Below are positions 39,047 through 50,903 of a DNA stretch of 64,000 nucleotides, piece after piece (the first letter of the stretch is position 1; every line of letters begins with the position of its first letter). The notes under the pieces are model-generated. The model saw only the letters and a program-made list of their open reading frames with translations. It made no database searches and was not told the DNA's origin. The DNA lies in NCBI GenBank assembly GCA_050253415.1, contig JBFWJC010000005.1:128001-192000 (forward strand). The letters are read 5' to 3'. Source of the DNA: Pedobacter sp. Lineage in GTDB: Bacteria; Desulfobacterota; Desulfuromonadia; Desulfuromonadales; Syntrophotaleaceae. Both the position numbers and the translations under genes were made by a program.

Positions 39047-39883
39047 ATGCAATATACCAACGTGAAAATCACGATCGTTGTTGACAACTTAGCCGGTGAA
39101 GGACTTGTTGCCGAACATGGCCTATCGTTGTGGATAGAGAACGAAGACGATCGTGTTCTTTTTGACACAGGGCAGGGTGGGGCATTTGCGAATAATGCTC
39201 GCGCACTTGATATCGATCTACGTAAGACCGATATGCTTGTACTGAGTCATGGTCACTACGATCACACCGGTGGCATTCCTTATGTTCTGCAACATGTCCG
39301 TAATGTCAACATTTACGGGCATCCGGGAATGGTTCAGCCCCGGTACAGTATTCGCAACGACACGGCAACACCAATTCAAATGCCACGTAAGTCCATGATG
39401 GTTATAGACAAATTGCCTTCGGAGCAACTTCACTGGGTTCGTAAACCGATCTTTCTGTCTGATAAGATCGGCATAACCGGTCCAATTCCCCGCGAAACAA
39501 GTTTCGAAGACCCCGGTGGGCCATTTTACCTTAATCCGAGAGGTGAAATCGTTGACCATGTAGACGATGATCTCGCTCTCTGGATTCGTACAGATGACGG
39601 GCTCATTGTTTGTGTCGGCTGCGCCCATTCAGGCTTAGTGAATACTCTGGACTACATTAGTTACCTGAACGAGGGGCTGCGGATACGGGCGGTCATTGGT
39701 GGATTTCATCTGCACAACGCCAGTCGTCAACGCCTGGATGAATCCATAGCTGCTTTACGGCTGCTGCAACCAGAAAAGATGATTCCTTGTCACTGCACCG
39801 GCGAAACCGCAGTTACTATACTGCGTGAAGGGCTTGGTGATCGGGTGTCATCCGGGGTTGCTGGGATGACATATCTGTTTTAG
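39047..39883 (+). CDS. MBL-fold metallo-hydrolase (DHPS-like MBL subfamily)
   Basis: AEHGLS, LFDTG, LSHGHYDHTGG, GCAHSG, GGFHL, PCHCTG. Confidence 0.88.
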   Translation: MQYTNVKITIVVDNLAGEGLVAEHGLSLWIENEDDRVLFDTGQGGAFANNARALDIDLRKTDMLVLSHGHYDHTGGIPYVLQHVRNVNIYGHPGMVQPRYSIRNDTATPIQMPRKSMMVIDKLPSEQLHWVRKPIFLSDKIGITGPIPRETSFEDPGGPFYLNPRGEIVDHVDDDLALWIRTDDGLIVCVGCAHSGLVNTLDYISYLNEGLRIRAVIGGFHLHNASRQRLDESIAALRLLQPEKMIPCHCTGETAVTILREGLGDRVSSGVAGMTYLF

Positions 39884-39914
39884 AAATGAGTCGTTTTAGA
39901 AATGAGTCGTTTTA
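39877..39914. repeat. 16-bp tandem duplication GTTTTAGAAATGAGTC x2.4
   Basis: Units at 39877 and 39893, partial unit at 39909; overlaps the stops of the two convergent ORFs. Confidence 0.9.
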
Positions 39915-40204
39915 CAACGACCCACAGACCGAGGATCGGCGGCAATCAATTTAATCAGACGATTACGGTAAGCATCGAGACGGGTTTGTGCTTCCTGATC
40001 CAAGCCAGGTGAATTGAAAAGAGTTTGAGCCCGAGCGATTTTGCGATGACGATCCGTGGTACAAAAGAAACCAGCGAGGGAGTCCAGGAAGAAACAATAG
40101 GATCGAACCAGCTCAGCAGGAAGGACAACGGTAACGGTAAACTGATCGTCGTCCAGAGCTTCAACGGTCAGTTTGTCACGGAGAAAGGAAAGCGAGGGTA
40201 TCAT
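39896..40204 (-). CDS. Hypothetical protein next to dif, possibly a truncated phage/IMEX gene
   Basis: GAGGG RBS; pyrimidine-rich third codon positions; the C-terminus runs into the tandem duplication. Confidence 0.45.
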   Translation of the reverse strand: MIPSLSFLRDKLTVEALDDDQFTVTVVLPAELVRSYCFFLDSLAGFFCTTDRHRKIARAQTLFNSPGLDQEAQTRLDAYRNRLIKLIAADPRSVGRCKTTHF

Positions 40205-40237
40205 GATATACCCTCGCCAATATCGACTCTATAGATT

Positions 40238-40265
40238 GAGTCGGATAAGATATATTATGTAAACC
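40238..40265 (+). other. dif: dif-like XerC/XerD recombination site
   Basis: GAGTCGGATAA-GATATA-TTATGTAAACC has the 11-6-11 layout with ATAA/TTATG core; strand bias appears to switch around it. Confidence 0.75.
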
Positions 40266-40306
40266 AAAATATATTATGTCATTTAGAAATAGGACAACGG
40301 CATCTG

Positions 40307-42460
40307 TCACCCGAGACTGGCCAGCTCCAATCGATCGCCCCAGCGGTCCTTAAGGGCTTGACGTAATTCTGCATAACGATCGGATGTTAAAAATGCAGGA
40401 TCTTCTGCAATGGCAAAGGCTTCTTGACGTGCCTGTTCCAATATGCGTCCGTCACGCAATAAATTTGCAACGCGGAAATCGGGTAACCCTGACTGACGGG
40501 TTCCTAAAAATTCCCCAGGGCCTCTGATCTCCAGGTCGGCTTCAGCGATTTTAAAGCCGTCCGTGGTAGCTGCCATGACGTCGAGTCGTTTTTGACCATC
40601 TTCACTGCATCGTCGTGATTTTATCAACAAACAATAACTTTGGTGCCCACCACGACCGACCCTGCCTCGTAATTGATGCAATTGCGCCAGACCGAAGCGT
40701 TCCGCATGTTCGATCATCATAACCGTGGCATTGGGTACATCTATACCTACTTCGATAACTGTTGTGGAGACAAGGATATCCAAGGCGCCGGATTTGAACA
40801 ATCGCATGATACCTTCTTTTTCGTCTGAACGCATTTTGCCATGGAGCACGCCAATGCGCCGGTCCGGGTATACATGCTCCTGCAGGTACGCAGCGCCCTC
40901 GGTGGCGGCCATGAGGTCGCTTTTTTCGGTTTCTTCCACTAGGGGGTAAACAATATAGGCCTGCCGACCTTTGGCAAGTTCGTCCGAAATTTTCAGATAA
41001 GCACTTCTGCGTTGGCTTTCTGTGACTATTTTGGTTTGAACTGGACTGCGCCCGGGTGGTAATTCGTCAATGACAGACAAAGAAAGATCGCCGTATACGG
41101 TAAGAGCAAGAGTTCGAGGGATAGGTGTCGCAGTCATTACCAATAAGTCGGGATGTTTGCCCTTGTGCCTGAGAGAGGCTCGCTGTAGAACCCCAAAGCG
41201 ATGCTGTTCATCAATAATGCCTAATCCAAGTTGGGCGAACTGGACGTCATCCTGCAAAACCGCATGGGTACCCACAACCATGTGAGCTGTCCCATCACGC
41301 AGTTGTTGCAGAATTTCACGCCGCTGAGTCGCCGTAGTGGATCCGGTTAAAAAGACAACGGTTAGGCCAAGGTCTTCCATCCATTGATGAAATTGTAGAA
41401 AGTGCTGTTCTGCTAAGATTTCTGTAGGAGCGACAACCGCAACCTGAGTATTGTTTTCTATGGCGACCAGCGCGGCCATAAGTGCGACCACGGTCTTTCC
41501 GCTGCCGACATCACCCTGTAAAAGACGATTCATTGGGTGCGGCGCCATCATATCCCGTTTAATTTCGCCAAGGACCCTGCGTTGTGCTTCGGTTAGCCTG
41601 AAAGGCAACATCTTTGCCAATGGTTTTGTATATAAGTGTTCGACCTGGAACGCATGACCCTCTTCCAGCAGTATACCTCGATGTTTAAGGGCCATCCCAA
41701 GTTCAAGATAGAACAGTTCATCGAAAACAAGGGTATATTTAGCCGGACTTCTGCCCTCTTCCAATTCACTTAATGAGGAATCCGTGTCAGGAAAGTGTAC
41801 CTGGCGCAGCGCATCGGCCAAAGGCAGAAGTGGCTGTCTTTTTAAGACTTCATCTGGTAGCGGCGATACAGCAAATTCGGCAAAACGATCGACAATCTGT
41901 TTCCAGATTTTACGGGCGGTTTTTTGAGTCAGCCCCTCTGTAAGAGGATAAACCGGTAGAATGTGACCAAAAGTGAGAGGATCGGACTGTAAAAGTGCTA
42001 ATGGTTCTTGTCCGTCGGCCAGAAATTCAACATCAGGGTGGTGAACTTCGGTCACACCTCCAAAACGTTTTACTTCTCCACAAAATATGGCTCTTCTGCC
42101 GACGGGATACTGTTTCTCAATCCAGTTTTTTCTATAATGAAACCACTTGAGACTGATGGTGCCGCTTCCGTCTCCGACAATTACCTCATACAGCCTACGG
42201 CGTGAGCGGGAGGTAGTTTTTTCACCCGAGGTGAGAACCTCTCCGAAAAAAAGCTCCCTCGAATCCGGTTTTACTTTGGCGATGGGGATAAGTTGACGAC
42301 GGTCTTCGTAGCGGAATGGCAGGGTGTAGAGGGCATGCTCAACCGTGGAAAGCCCCATTTTAGAGAGTTTTTCCACCAAACGCGGTCCAACCCCCCGGAT
42401 TGTATCCAGGGGGGTTGCAAGATAGGTATGGCTTTGTGCATAGGTGGGCTTAAGGGACAT
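40307..42460 (-). CDS. recG: ATP-dependent DNA helicase RecG
   Basis: QGDVGSGKT, IIDEQHRFG, MTATPIPR, QLHQLRGRVGRG, GPGEFLGTRQSG; AAGGAGG RBS before ATG 42460. Confidence 0.96.
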   Translation of the reverse strand: MSLKPTYAQSHTYLATPLDTIRGVGPRLVEKLSKMGLSTVEHALYTLPFRYEDRRQLIPIAKVKPDSRELFFGEVLTSGEKTTSRSRRRLYEVIVGDGSGTISLKWFHYRKNWIEKQYPVGRRAIFCGEVKRFGGVTEVHHPDVEFLADGQEPLALLQSDPLTFGHILPVYPLTEGLTQKTARKIWKQIVDRFAEFAVSPLPDEVLKRQPLLPLADALRQVHFPDTDSSLSELEEGRSPAKYTLVFDELFYLELGMALKHRGILLEEGHAFQVEHLYTKPLAKMLPFRLTEAQRRVLGEIKRDMMAPHPMNRLLQGDVGSGKTVVALMAALVAIENNTQVAVVAPTEILAEQHFLQFHQWMEDLGLTVVFLTGSTTATQRREILQQLRDGTAHMVVGTHAVLQDDVQFAQLGLGIIDEQHRFGVLQRASLRHKGKHPDLLVMTATPIPRTLALTVYGDLSLSVIDELPPGRSPVQTKIVTESQRRSAYLKISDELAKGRQAYIVYPLVEETEKSDLMAATEGAAYLQEHVYPDRRIGVLHGKMRSDEKEGIMRLFKSGALDILVSTTVIEVGIDVPNATVMMIEHAERFGLAQLHQLRGRVGRGGHQSYCLLIKSRRCSEDGQKRLDVMAATTDGFKIAEADLEIRGPGEFLGTRQSGLPDFRVANLLRDGRILEQARQEAFAIAEDPAFLTSDRYAELRQALKDRWGDRLELASLG

Positions 42461-42476
42461 GTCCCCTGCCCTCCTT

Positions 42477-42680
42477 TTAGTTGTCGAGCGCGGCGTTGAG
42501 ATCTTTAAGAAGATCGTCGACATTTACGCCGTGGGCATTGGCGCCCTGCTCAAGAGTTTCAAACTTGGCTGCTGCACAGCCCAGGCAACCCATTTTGTAC
42601 TTCGTGAAAACCTGAACCACCTTTTGTCCGTGGGCAAGAATTTCGTTGAACTTCATATCCTTGGTAATCTTCTGGCTCAT
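42477..42680 (-). CDS. DUF1858-domain protein
   Basis: ITKDM, MGCLGC, ETLEQGANAHGV; GGAG RBS. Confidence 0.85.
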   Translation of the reverse strand: MSQKITKDMKFNEILAHGQKVVQVFTKYKMGCLGCAAAKFETLEQGANAHGVNVDDLLKDLNAALDN

Positions 42681-42724
42681 GACGTTAGCTCTCCTGTAAA
42701 TTGTCTCAGCTGCACAAAATACAT

Positions 42725-43201
42725 TTACATGTATTGGATATTGACGACTTCGTAGATTTTTAAGCCGGAAGGCACCTTAATACGGACTTCATCATCCATA
42801 CGATGACCAATAAGAGCTCTACCTACCGGTGAGGTCACAGAGATCTTACCTAGTTTAAGATCGGCTTCATCTTCCCCAACAATGCGATAGGTTACTTCGC
42901 TCTCGGTGTCCACGTCAAACAGTGTAACATGGGCGCCAAAGACGATTTTATCGGTAATCACCGAGCCGGGCTTGATAACTTCAGCCCGTGCGATTTTGTC
43001 GTTGAGTTCCTTAATGCGGCCTTCAATAAAACCCTGACGGTTTTTCGCGGCATCGTATTCGGCATTTTCGGAAAGGTCGCCATGACTGCGTGCTTCGGCA
43101 ATGTCCTGAACGACCTTGGGGCGCTCAATACGGATAAGACGTTTCAATTCCTCTTGGAGGCTACGGTAACCTTCTTCGGTCATTGGAATGCTTTGGGACA
43201 T
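42725..43201 (-). CDS. greA: Transcription elongation factor GreA
   Basis: ARSHGDLSENAEYDAAK; ISVTSPVGRAL. Confidence 0.96.
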   Translation of the reverse strand: MSQSIPMTEEGYRSLQEELKRLIRIERPKVVQDIAEARSHGDLSENAEYDAAKNRQGFIEGRIKELNDKIARAEVIKPGSVITDKIVFGAHVTLFDVDTESEVTYRIVGEDEADLKLGKISVTSPVGRALIGHRMDDEVRIKVPSGLKIYEVVNIQYM

Positions 43202-43233
43202 GATTCGATCTAACCCTTTTCTGTAAAAATCAG

Positions 43234-43253
43234 CGGGCGGGTAAACCCGCCCG
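43234..43253 (-). terminator. GC-rich hairpin between carB and greA
   Basis: CGGGCGGG-taaa-CCCGCCCG, followed by T residues on the minus strand. Confidence 0.5.
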
Positions 43254-43314
43254 ACTTATTAATCTATAATTGTTTTAAACTTTATATACTTAAAGACCGC
43301 CAGTAAAATGGCGG

Positions 43315-46300
43315 CTATTGCCTCGCATAATACTCCTGAAGAGGAACTACGTCAAGTTTTTCTCGCCCGAGGGATAAAACAGCGTCTACCGCCGCGATAA
43401 TACCTTCCAGGGTTGTGTAATAGGCAATGTTGTTCATTAAGGCAGTACGGCGAATGGAATACGAATCGGCCACGGAGTGTGGTCCGAATGTCGTATTGAA
43501 CACCATGGCGATTTCTTTGCTCTTAAGCGCATCGACGCAGTGCGGGCGCCCTTCCTTGACCTTGTTGATGGCGGTAACCGGCAAACCGTTGGATTCCAGA
43601 AAGCTTGCGGTACCGCGGGTGGCAACAAGGCAGAAACCGCCTGCAACCAGACGGCGGGCAGGCTCAAGAAAGGTTTCCTTGTCGCCGTCTTTAAGACTGA
43701 CAAAGACGTTGCCTTTAACAGGCAAATGAACACCGGCAGCCAACTGTGATTTGGCGAACGCCCTGTAAAAATTGGTATCGATTCCCATAACCTCGCCGGT
43801 CGATTTCATTTCGGGACCGAGCAGCGTGTCGACGCCGGGGAATTTTACGAAAGGAAACACTGCTTCCTTAACGGAAACATAGGACGGGATGATTTCTTCA
43901 CGAATACCGAGTTCATTCAAGGTCTTGCCTGCCATCACTTGCGCCGCCAATTTAGCCAATTGCCGGTTAGTGGCTTTGGATACGAAGGGCACGGTACGAC
44001 TGGCTCGAGGGTTGACTTCCAGCAGATAGATGGTGTCGTCTTTGACGGCGAACTGGATGTTCATCAATCCGACAACGCCAAGTTCGAGGGCCAGTTCGCG
44101 GGTCTGGCGGCGGATTTCATCAACAATTGCCGGCTGCAGGGAAAACGGCGGCAGCGCACAAGCGGAGTCGCCGGAGTGAATACCCGCCTCCTCAATATGC
44201 TGCATAATTCCGCCAATAACAACATCGCGACCATCGCACAGAGCGTCGACATCGACCTCAATGGCATGCACCAGAAATTTGTCAACCAGGATCGGGTGAT
44301 CCGGCGAAGCCTGTACGGCATTTTGCATATAACTCCGAAGGGCGTCGACGTGGTAAACAATTTCCATGGCGCGGCCACCAAGGACGTACGATGGGCGCAC
44401 GACAACCGGGTAACCGATTCTCTCGGCAATTTTTTCGGCTTCATCAAAGGATCGTGCCAAGCCATTGTCAGGCTGCAGCAGGTTGAGCTTGAACAACAGC
44501 GCCTGGAAGCGTTCACGGTCCTCGGCCCGGTCGATGGCATCGGGTGTGGTGCCGAGAATGGGTACGCCGGCCTGTTCAAGTGCCACGGCCAGCTTCAGAG
44601 GTGTCTGTCCGCCGAATTGAACGATGACTCCGAGCGGTTTCTCGACATGCACGATTTCAAGCACATCTTCAAAGGTCAGTGGCTCAAAGTAGAGACGATC
44701 GGACGTGTCGTAGTCGGTAGAAACCGTTTCAGGGTTACAGTTGACCATAATAGTCTCATACCCGTCCGCAGCTAACGCCATGACCCCGTGCACGCAACAG
44801 TAGTCGAATTCGATTCCTTGACCTATACGGTTGGGGCCGCCACCGAGAATCATGATCTTTTTACGATCGGTCGGCATGGCTTCGCATTCGGTTTCATAGG
44901 TCGAGTAGAGATACGGGGTGTGCGCAACGAACTCGGCACCGCAGGTATCGACACGTTTGTATACCGGACGAATGCCAAAAGAGATACGCAGTTGTCGAAC
45001 TTCATCTTCCGTTTTACCAAACAACTGGGCAAGGCGTCGGTCAGAAAAACCGTTCTGCTTGGCATCGCGTAACAAAGCAGGCCATTCGGCGTCGTCCGTG
45101 GGCAAATCTGCAAGTTTGACCAGGCCCTCTTCCATCGCAACAATCTGCTGAATCTGGAACAAAAACCAAGGGTCGATACGGGTTACTGCGTGTATCTGGG
45201 CAATGTCCATATTGGCGCGGAAAGCGTCGGCAATAAACCAGATACGCTCCCAGTTGGGGACATGCAGCTTGGTGCTGAGTAATTCCTGCTCGGCATCGCT
45301 GAGGGGACGTCCCCACTCCTGCGGTGAACTAAACAGGCGGCTTTCAAAACCATAAGAACCGATCTCCATGGAACGAAGCCCTTTTTGGAGGCTTTCCTTG
45401 AAGGTCCGTCCAATGGACATGGCTTCGCCAACGGATTTCATCTGGGTGGTAAGAGTGCTATCCGCCTGAGGAAATTTTTCGAAGGTGAAACGCGGTATTT
45501 TGGTGACCACGTAGTCGATGGTCGGCTCGAAGGATGCGAAAGTCTCCCGGGTGATATCGTTGGGGATTTCATCCAGAGTGTAGCCGATCGACAGTTTTGC
45601 GGCAATTTTAGCGATCGGAAACCCGGTAGCCTTTGAGGCCAGAGCCGAAGAGCGTGACACGCGCGGATTCATCTCGATAACAGCAAGGCGGCCATCGATG
45701 GGATTGATGCCGAACTGAATATTGGAGCCCCCGGTATCTACGCCGATCTCTCGGATGATCTTGATCGAAGCATCGCGCAGTATCTGGTATTCCTTGTCGG
45801 TCAAGGTCTGTGCTGGGGCAACGGTAATGGAATCGCCGGTATGCACACCCATGGCATCAAAGTTTTCGATGGAACAGATGATAACAACGTTGTCAGCCGT
45901 GTCGCGCATGACCTCGAGTTCGAACTCTTTCCAGCCGATAATCGATTCTTCGATCAGGATTTCATTGGTAGGTGATGCATCGATGCCGGCCAAGGCCATG
46001 GCTTCGTATTCTTCACGGTTGTAGGCAATGCCACCACCGCTGCCGCCCATGGTGAAGGACGGTCTGATAATGGCTGGAAAGCCTACCGATTCGATGATTT
46101 CCATCGCCTCTTCGTAACTATGAGCCAGGCCGGAACGCGGTACATCGACACCGATTTTGGCCATGGCTTGCTTAAACAATGTACGGTCTTCGGCTTTTTC
46201 AATCGCATCGAGGCTGGCACCTATCAGTTCGACACCATAGCGTTCCAATACACCATTTTTGGCTACCGCGACAGCGGTATTAAGAGCAGTCTGACCACCA

Positions 46301-46569
46301 AGCGTAGGAAGAATGGCGTCCGGACGCTCTTTTTCGATGATTTTTTCGAGAACTTCCGGGGTTACCGGTTCAACATAAGTTCTGTCTGCAGTCTCCGGAT
46401 CGGTCATGATGGTGGCCGGGTTGGAGTTCAGCAGGATAACGGTGTACCCTTCTTCCTTGAGGGCCTTACAGGCCTGGGTGCCGGAATAATCGAATTCGCA
46501 GGCCTGCCCGATGATGATGGGCCCGGCGCCAATAATCAGAATTTTCTGAATATCTGTTCTTTTTGGCAT
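43315..46569 (-). CDS. carB: Carbamoyl-phosphate synthase large subunit
   Basis: [17 protein letters not shown], duplicated ATP-grasp domains, MGS domain. Confidence 0.98.
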   Translation of the reverse strand: MPKRTDIQKILIIGAGPIIIGQACEFDYSGTQACKALKEEGYTVILLNSNPATIMTDPETADRTYVEPVTPEVLEKIIEKERPDAILPTLGGQTALNTAVAVAKNGVLERYGVELIGASLDAIEKAEDRTLFKQAMAKIGVDVPRSGLAHSYEEAMEIIESVGFPAIIRPSFTMGGSGGGIAYNREEYEAMALAGIDASPTNEILIEESIIGWKEFELEVMRDTADNVVIICSIENFDAMGVHTGDSITVAPAQTLTDKEYQILRDASIKIIREIGVDTGGSNIQFGINPIDGRLAVIEMNPRVSRSSALASKATGFPIAKIAAKLSIGYTLDEIPNDITRETFASFEPTIDYVVTKIPRFTFEKFPQADSTLTTQMKSVGEAMSIGRTFKESLQKGLRSMEIGSYGFESRLFSSPQEWGRPLSDAEQELLSTKLHVPNWERIWFIADAFRANMDIAQIHAVTRIDPWFLFQIQQIVAMEEGLVKLADLPTDDAEWPALLRDAKQNGFSDRRLAQLFGKTEDEVRQLRISFGIRPVYKRVDTCGAEFVAHTPYLYSTYETECEAMPTDRKKIMILGGGPNRIGQGIEFDYCCVHGVMALAADGYETIMVNCNPETVSTDYDTSDRLYFEPLTFEDVLEIVHVEKPLGVIVQFGGQTPLKLAVALEQAGVPILGTTPDAIDRAEDRERFQALLFKLNLLQPDNGLARSFDEAEKIAERIGYPVVVRPSYVLGGRAMEIVYHVDALRSYMQNAVQASPDHPILVDKFLVHAIEVDVDALCDGRDVVIGGIMQHIEEAGIHSGDSACALPPFSLQPAIVDEIRRQTRELALELGVVGLMNIQFAVKDDTIYLLEVNPRASRTVPFVSKATNRQLAKLAAQVMAGKTLNELGIREEIIPSYVSVKEAVFPFVKFPGVDTLLGPEMKSTGEVMGIDTNFYRAFAKSQLAAGVHLPVKGNVFVSLKDGDKETFLEPARRLVAGGFCLVATRGTASFLESNGLPVTAINKVKEGRPHCVDALKSKEIAMVFNTTFGPHSVADSYSIRRTALMNNIAYYTTLEGIIAAVDAVLSLGREKLDVVPLQEYYARQ

Positions 46570-46647
46570 TGTCTTTCCTTCACTGATCTTGAAGCCCCAC
46601 AGGGCGGCAATATTTTACGGGCTTAAGCTATCCTTCAATGGGCGCTG

Positions 46648-47775
46648 TTAGGCCTGGCTTGCACGATGTTTGTCCATCAACGCGGCAAAACGATCAAACA
46701 GGTAGCGCGCATCGTGCGGTCCGGGAGAAGCTTCCGGATGGTACTGCACGGAAAACGCCGGAACCTGGCAATGTTCCAACCCTTCAATCGTATTGTCATT
46801 GAGGTTGATATGAGTCAGCACAGCTGCATCCTTGATGGCATCGCCATCAACGGCAAAGCCGTGGTTCTGTGAGGTAATTTCAACCTGCCCTTCGCATTTA
46901 CGCTGAACAGGCTGGTTTCCGCCGCGATGACCGAATTTCAGTTTATAGGTACGGCCGCCAAGGGCAAGCGCCAGAAGCTGATGGCCAAGGCAGATACCAA
47001 AGATAGGCACCTTGCCAAGCAGTTGACGAATATTTTCCTGTGCGTAGGTAACCGGTTCCGGATCGCCCGGGCCGTTACTGAGAAACACGCCATCAGGATT
47101 CATGGACAAAACCTCGGTGGCCGGTGTGGTGGCGGGTACCACCGTAACATCGCAACCGATGGCCACCAGGTTGCGCAGAATGTTGCGCTTGATGCCGAAA
47201 TCGTATGCGACTACCTTGTAACGCATTTCGCCGGCGGGCTGATAACCTTCGCCGAGCTTCCAGGGCCCTTCGGTCCAGTGGTAGGCTTCTTTGCAGGTAA
47301 CTTCCTGTACCAAGTCGTGGCCCACTATCGATGGGGCTTTGCGTGCTTTTTCAACCAGTGATGCCGGGTCGAGATCAAGAGATGAAATAATGCCGGTCTG
47401 TGCGCCGTTGTCACGTATGTGCCGTACCAGCGAGCGGGTATCGATGCCCTGAATGCCGACGATGTTATTTTGCTTCAAATAATCGTCAAGGGTCATCGTA
47501 CTGCGCCAGTTGCTGGGGTAAGGACAGGCCTCTTTGACAATGAATCCGGACAGATGCGGACGACCGGATTCAACATCCTCCGGATTGATTCCACAGTTGC
47601 CTATCAAGGGATAGGTCATAGTCACGATCTCGCCGCAATAGGAAGGGTCCGTGAGGATTTCCTGATAACCGGTCATGCTGGTATTGAAAACCACTTCGCC
47701 AGTAACTTCCCCTCGGGCGCCGAATGCTTTGCCGATAAAAACCCTGCCGTCGGCGAGGGCTAGAATTGCTTTCAT
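46648..47775 (-). CDS. carA: Carbamoyl-phosphate synthase small subunit
   Basis: [33 protein letters not shown]. Confidence 0.98.
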   Translation of the reverse strand: MKAILALADGRVFIGKAFGARGEVTGEVVFNTSMTGYQEILTDPSYCGEIVTMTYPLIGNCGINPEDVESGRPHLSGFIVKEACPYPSNWRSTMTLDDYLKQNNIVGIQGIDTRSLVRHIRDNGAQTGIISSLDLDPASLVEKARKAPSIVGHDLVQEVTCKEAYHWTEGPWKLGEGYQPAGEMRYKVVAYDFGIKRNILRNLVAIGCDVTVVPATTPATEVLSMNPDGVFLSNGPGDPEPVTYAQENIRQLLGKVPIFGICLGHQLLALALGGRTYKLKFGHRGGNQPVQRKCEGQVEITSQNHGFAVDGDAIKDAAVLTHINLNDNTIEGLEHCQVPAFSVQYHPEASPGPHDARYLFDRFAALMDKHRASQA

Positions 47776-47874
47776 GGGGCCTTACTCCTTACAGTTCTAA
47801 GATACTATCAACTTTGTCGAATCTTCATGCAGGCGGCGGCGCTTTTTTTAAGAGCGCCGCCAAATCGAACTATA

Positions 47875-49149
47875 TCATGATCGACGATGGGTTATGCGCC
47901 CATCGACGATTGTAAAGGTAGCCAGACCTTTAAGTTTCCAGCCACCAAAAGGGGTGTTTTTGCTACGCGATTGTCCAGCATCCAAATCCATGGTCCATTT
48001 CGCTGCAGGGTCGATAATGGTCACATCGGCCGGACGCCCGACCTCCAGGGTGCCGCCAGGCAAGCTTAGGGCTCTGGCTGGGCCGATGGTCAGGCAAGCA
48101 ATTGCATCGGACAGGGACATCACCCCTTCCTCAACAAGACGTAAGGTCAGGGGCAGCGCCGTTTCGAGGCCTATGATACCGTTGCTCGCAAGATTGAATT
48201 CTACATTTTTTTCATCAGGATGATGGGGAGCATGATCCGTTGCAATAACACTCAGTGTGCCATCGGCAAGGCCGTCGCGAATGGCTGCAAGATCATCACT
48301 TGATCGTAGCGGCGGATTCATCTTGGCCTGAGTGTTGTAGCCACGTACGGCATCTTCCGTAAGGGTAAAATAGTGTGGGGCCGTTTCGGCGGTTACGCGA
48401 ACTCCCCGGGCTTTTGCCGCACGGATAATCTCGACCGCACCACGCGTCGAAACATGAGCTACATGCAATCGCGCGCCGGTGTATTCGGCGAGCATCACAT
48501 CGCGAGCAACAGCGGACACTTCCGCCACCCAGGGTATTCCGCGGAGACCGAGCTCGGTGGCGACAAAACCATCGTTCATTACGCCGTCGCCAACCAGGGT
48601 AAGATCTTCGGCATGGCTGATGAGCGGCAGGTCAAAGGATCTGGCGTACTCAAGAGCCCGTCGCATGATTTCGCCATTAGCAACCGGGTGTCCATCATCG
48701 CTGGCCGCAACGCAACCGGCACTTTTCATGTCACCCATTTCAGCCAGAGACTCACCTTTTAGACCTTTAGTGATGGCTCCTACCGGATATACTTTAGCGT
48801 GCCCAACTTGCGCGGCTTTATGTCGAATGTATTGGGTGGTCACCTTATTGTCGTTAACCGGAGCAGTATTGGGCATGCAAGCCACGGCAGTAAAGCCGCC
48901 TGCGGCAGCGGCCCTGGTACCCGACTCGATATCTTCCTTATATTCGAATCCAGGATCGCGCAGATGCACATGGATATCGATAAGTCCGGGAACGACCAGG
49001 CAACCTTTAGCATCGATTTGTTCAGCATCGGATGCCTCAATGCCGACCGCGACTTTGCTAATGCAGTCATTTTCGATCAAAACATCAAAATTTCCATCTA
49101 TGCCATGCGCCGGATCAAGAACCCGACCATTTGTAATCAGAATTTTCAT
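47875..49149 (-). CDS. pyrC: Dihydroorotase
   Basis: [28 protein letters not shown]. Confidence 0.96.
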   Translation of the reverse strand: MKILITNGRVLDPAHGIDGNFDVLIENDCISKVAVGIEASDAEQIDAKGCLVVPGLIDIHVHLRDPGFEYKEDIESGTRAAAAGGFTAVACMPNTAPVNDNKVTTQYIRHKAAQVGHAKVYPVGAITKGLKGESLAEMGDMKSAGCVAASDDGHPVANGEIMRRALEYARSFDLPLISHAEDLTLVGDGVMNDGFVATELGLRGIPWVAEVSAVARDVMLAEYTGARLHVAHVSTRGAVEIIRAAKARGVRVTAETAPHYFTLTEDAVRGYNTQAKMNPPLRSSDDLAAIRDGLADGTLSVIATDHAPHHPDEKNVEFNLASNGIIGLETALPLTLRLVEEGVMSLSDAIACLTIGPARALSLPGGTLEVGRPADVTIIDPAAKWTMDLDAGQSRSKNTPFGGWKLKGLATFTIVDGRITHRRS

Positions 49150-49175
49150 TGTTCCCCCTCTTCGAGCAAGAGTGC

Positions 49176-50117
49176 TTACTGGGCTGATTGATCGAGTTTG
49201 TCACCACCGGAGACGAGATAAAGCAGTGCCATGCGAACAGCAACACCGTTTTCGACCTGGTCAAGGATGACATTTTGAGGTCCGTCGGCGACGGCCGAAG
49301 AGATCTCGACTCCACGATTCATAGGCCCGGGGTGCATAACGATAGCATCCGATTTTGCCAATTTGAGTCGTTCGTCATTGATGCCGTAAAACATGGCATA
49401 TTCCCGCAAGGAAGGCAGCATGGTTTTCCCCTGCCGTTCCTGCTGGATGCGCAGCGTCATAACAACATCCGCACCACGCACAGCATCGTCAACGCTGTTA
49501 AAAACCTTGGCACCGAGCCGTTCGATGCCGGGTGGAAGCATGGTTCCAGGACCGCACAACCGGACTTCCGCACCGAGTTTGGTGAGGGCGTAGACGTTGG
49601 ACCGGGCTACCCTGCTATGCGTAATATCACCAATAATAGACACGATGAGTCCATCTATGCGGCCTTTTTCCTGACGTATGGTGAGGAGGTCCAGCAGGGC
49701 CTGGCTGGGATGTTCATGCGCACCGTCGCCGGCATTTATTACGGAAAAGTCGCAGCGCTCTGCAAGGTAATGGGGAGCACCGGAGCATGAATGACGCATG
49801 ACGATGATATCGGGCTTCATGGCTTCGAGATTTTTAGCGGTATCTTCAAGGGTTTCCCCTTTCACCACTGCAGAGGTCGATGCACTGATATTCACCGTAT
49901 CGGCCGACAGCCTTTTGCCCGCGATTTCAAAAGAAGTGCGGGTGCGGGTACTTGCTTCGAAAAAGACATTGATGACTGTCTTTCCCCTCAGCGTAGGTAC
50001 CTTTTTAATAGGCCGCAGGCTGATTTCCTTGAAGCTTTCGGCGGTGTCAAGAATGAGGGTTATGTCCTCTGCTGACAGCTGCTCGATACCAAGAATATGC
50101 TTGTGATTAAACGCCAT
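49176..50117 (-). CDS. pyrB: Aspartate carbamoyltransferase catalytic subunit
   Basis: [30 protein letters not shown]; start at ATG 50117. Confidence 0.97.
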   Translation of the reverse strand: MAFNHKHILGIEQLSAEDITLILDTAESFKEISLRPIKKVPTLRGKTVINVFFEASTRTRTSFEIAGKRLSADTVNISASTSAVVKGETLEDTAKNLEAMKPDIIVMRHSCSGAPHYLAERCDFSVINAGDGAHEHPSQALLDLLTIRQEKGRIDGLIVSIIGDITHSRVARSNVYALTKLGAEVRLCGPGTMLPPGIERLGAKVFNSVDDAVRGADVVMTLRIQQERQGKTMLPSLREYAMFYGINDERLKLAKSDAIVMHPGPMNRGVEISSAVADGPQNVILDQVENGVAVRMALLYLVSGGDKLDQSAQ

Positions 50118-50203
50118 GCCGCATCTCCCGATTTCAGTAAAAGAACCTAGATTCAATATGATAAAGCCTAAAAGCTAACCCGATTTAGCAGTTCGGCAGA
50201 TGG

Positions 50204-50740
50204 TTACGCTTTACTCAAATTAACTTCGATAGGCATTTGCTTATCGTTAAAGCGCACCATAACCTGCTCGCTTGCAGCAGTGGGAACGTTACGACCCACA
50301 AAATCAGGACGGATAGGAAGTTCCCGGTGTCCCCGATCGATTAAAACAGCCAGTTGAATATTCCGAGGTCTCCCGATATCCATCAAGGCATCCATGGCCG
50401 CGCGAATGGTCCGGCCGGTGTAGAGCACATCGTCGACCAGGATAATGCGCTTGCCATCAAGTGGAAAGGGAATGTCGGTTTTGCCTACGGGCAGGTTGCC
50501 ACGCGAAGCCAGATCATCACGGTACATGGTGATGTCGACGGTTCCCAGGGGGACGGTGACCCCTTCAATATCCTGCAAACGTTTTTGCAGGTACAGCGCC
50601 AAATGATCACCACCAGTGCGAATTCCGACCAAAACCACATTTTCTGTACCGTGATTGTGCTCCAGAATTTCATGGGCAATACGTGTCAAAGCCCGGCTTA
50701 TGGCCGCTTCATCCAGAATGATGGTTTCACTTTTTCCCAT
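50204..50740 (-). CDS. pyrR: Bifunctional pyr operon attenuation regulator / uracil phosphoribosyltransferase
   Basis: [38 protein letters not shown]. Confidence 0.96.
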   Translation of the reverse strand: MGKSETIILDEAAISRALTRIAHEILEHNHGTENVVLVGIRTGGDHLALYLQKRLQDIEGVTVPLGTVDITMYRDDLASRGNLPVGKTDIPFPLDGKRIILVDDVLYTGRTIRAAMDALMDIGRPRNIQLAVLIDRGHRELPIRPDFVGRNVPTAASEQVMVRFNDKQMPIEVNLSKA

Positions 50741-50764
50741 TCGACAACCCCCCGGATTCTAGAC

Positions 50765-50800
50765 AAAAAAAAGGTATCCTCTCTTTCGGGAGAAGATACC
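50765..50800 (-). terminator. pyr leader attenuator terminator
   Basis: Minus strand GGTATCTTCTC-ccgaaa-GAGAGGATACC followed by T8, just before pyrR. Confidence 0.85.
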
Positions 50801-50842
50801 CGGACGTGACTAACCTGCTTTTTTGTTTAATTCTTATGATCA

Positions 50843-50876
50843 CCCTTGCTAACCTCTCCGGATTAACTTAAAAGGC
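50843..50876 (-). ncRNA. PyrR-binding RNA element (anti-antiterminator)
   Basis: Minus strand CCTTTTAA..AATCCGGAGAGGTT.GCAAGGG matches the ARUCCNGNGAGGYU PyrR consensus. Confidence 0.85.
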
Positions 50877-50903
50877 CTCAACTGCTATCGATAAATCCGA
50901 AAA

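Noticed and set aside
33879..39883. Selenocysteine read-through of TGA stops in the orp genes
   Set aside because: The TGA stops fall at the expected C-termini of complete domains.
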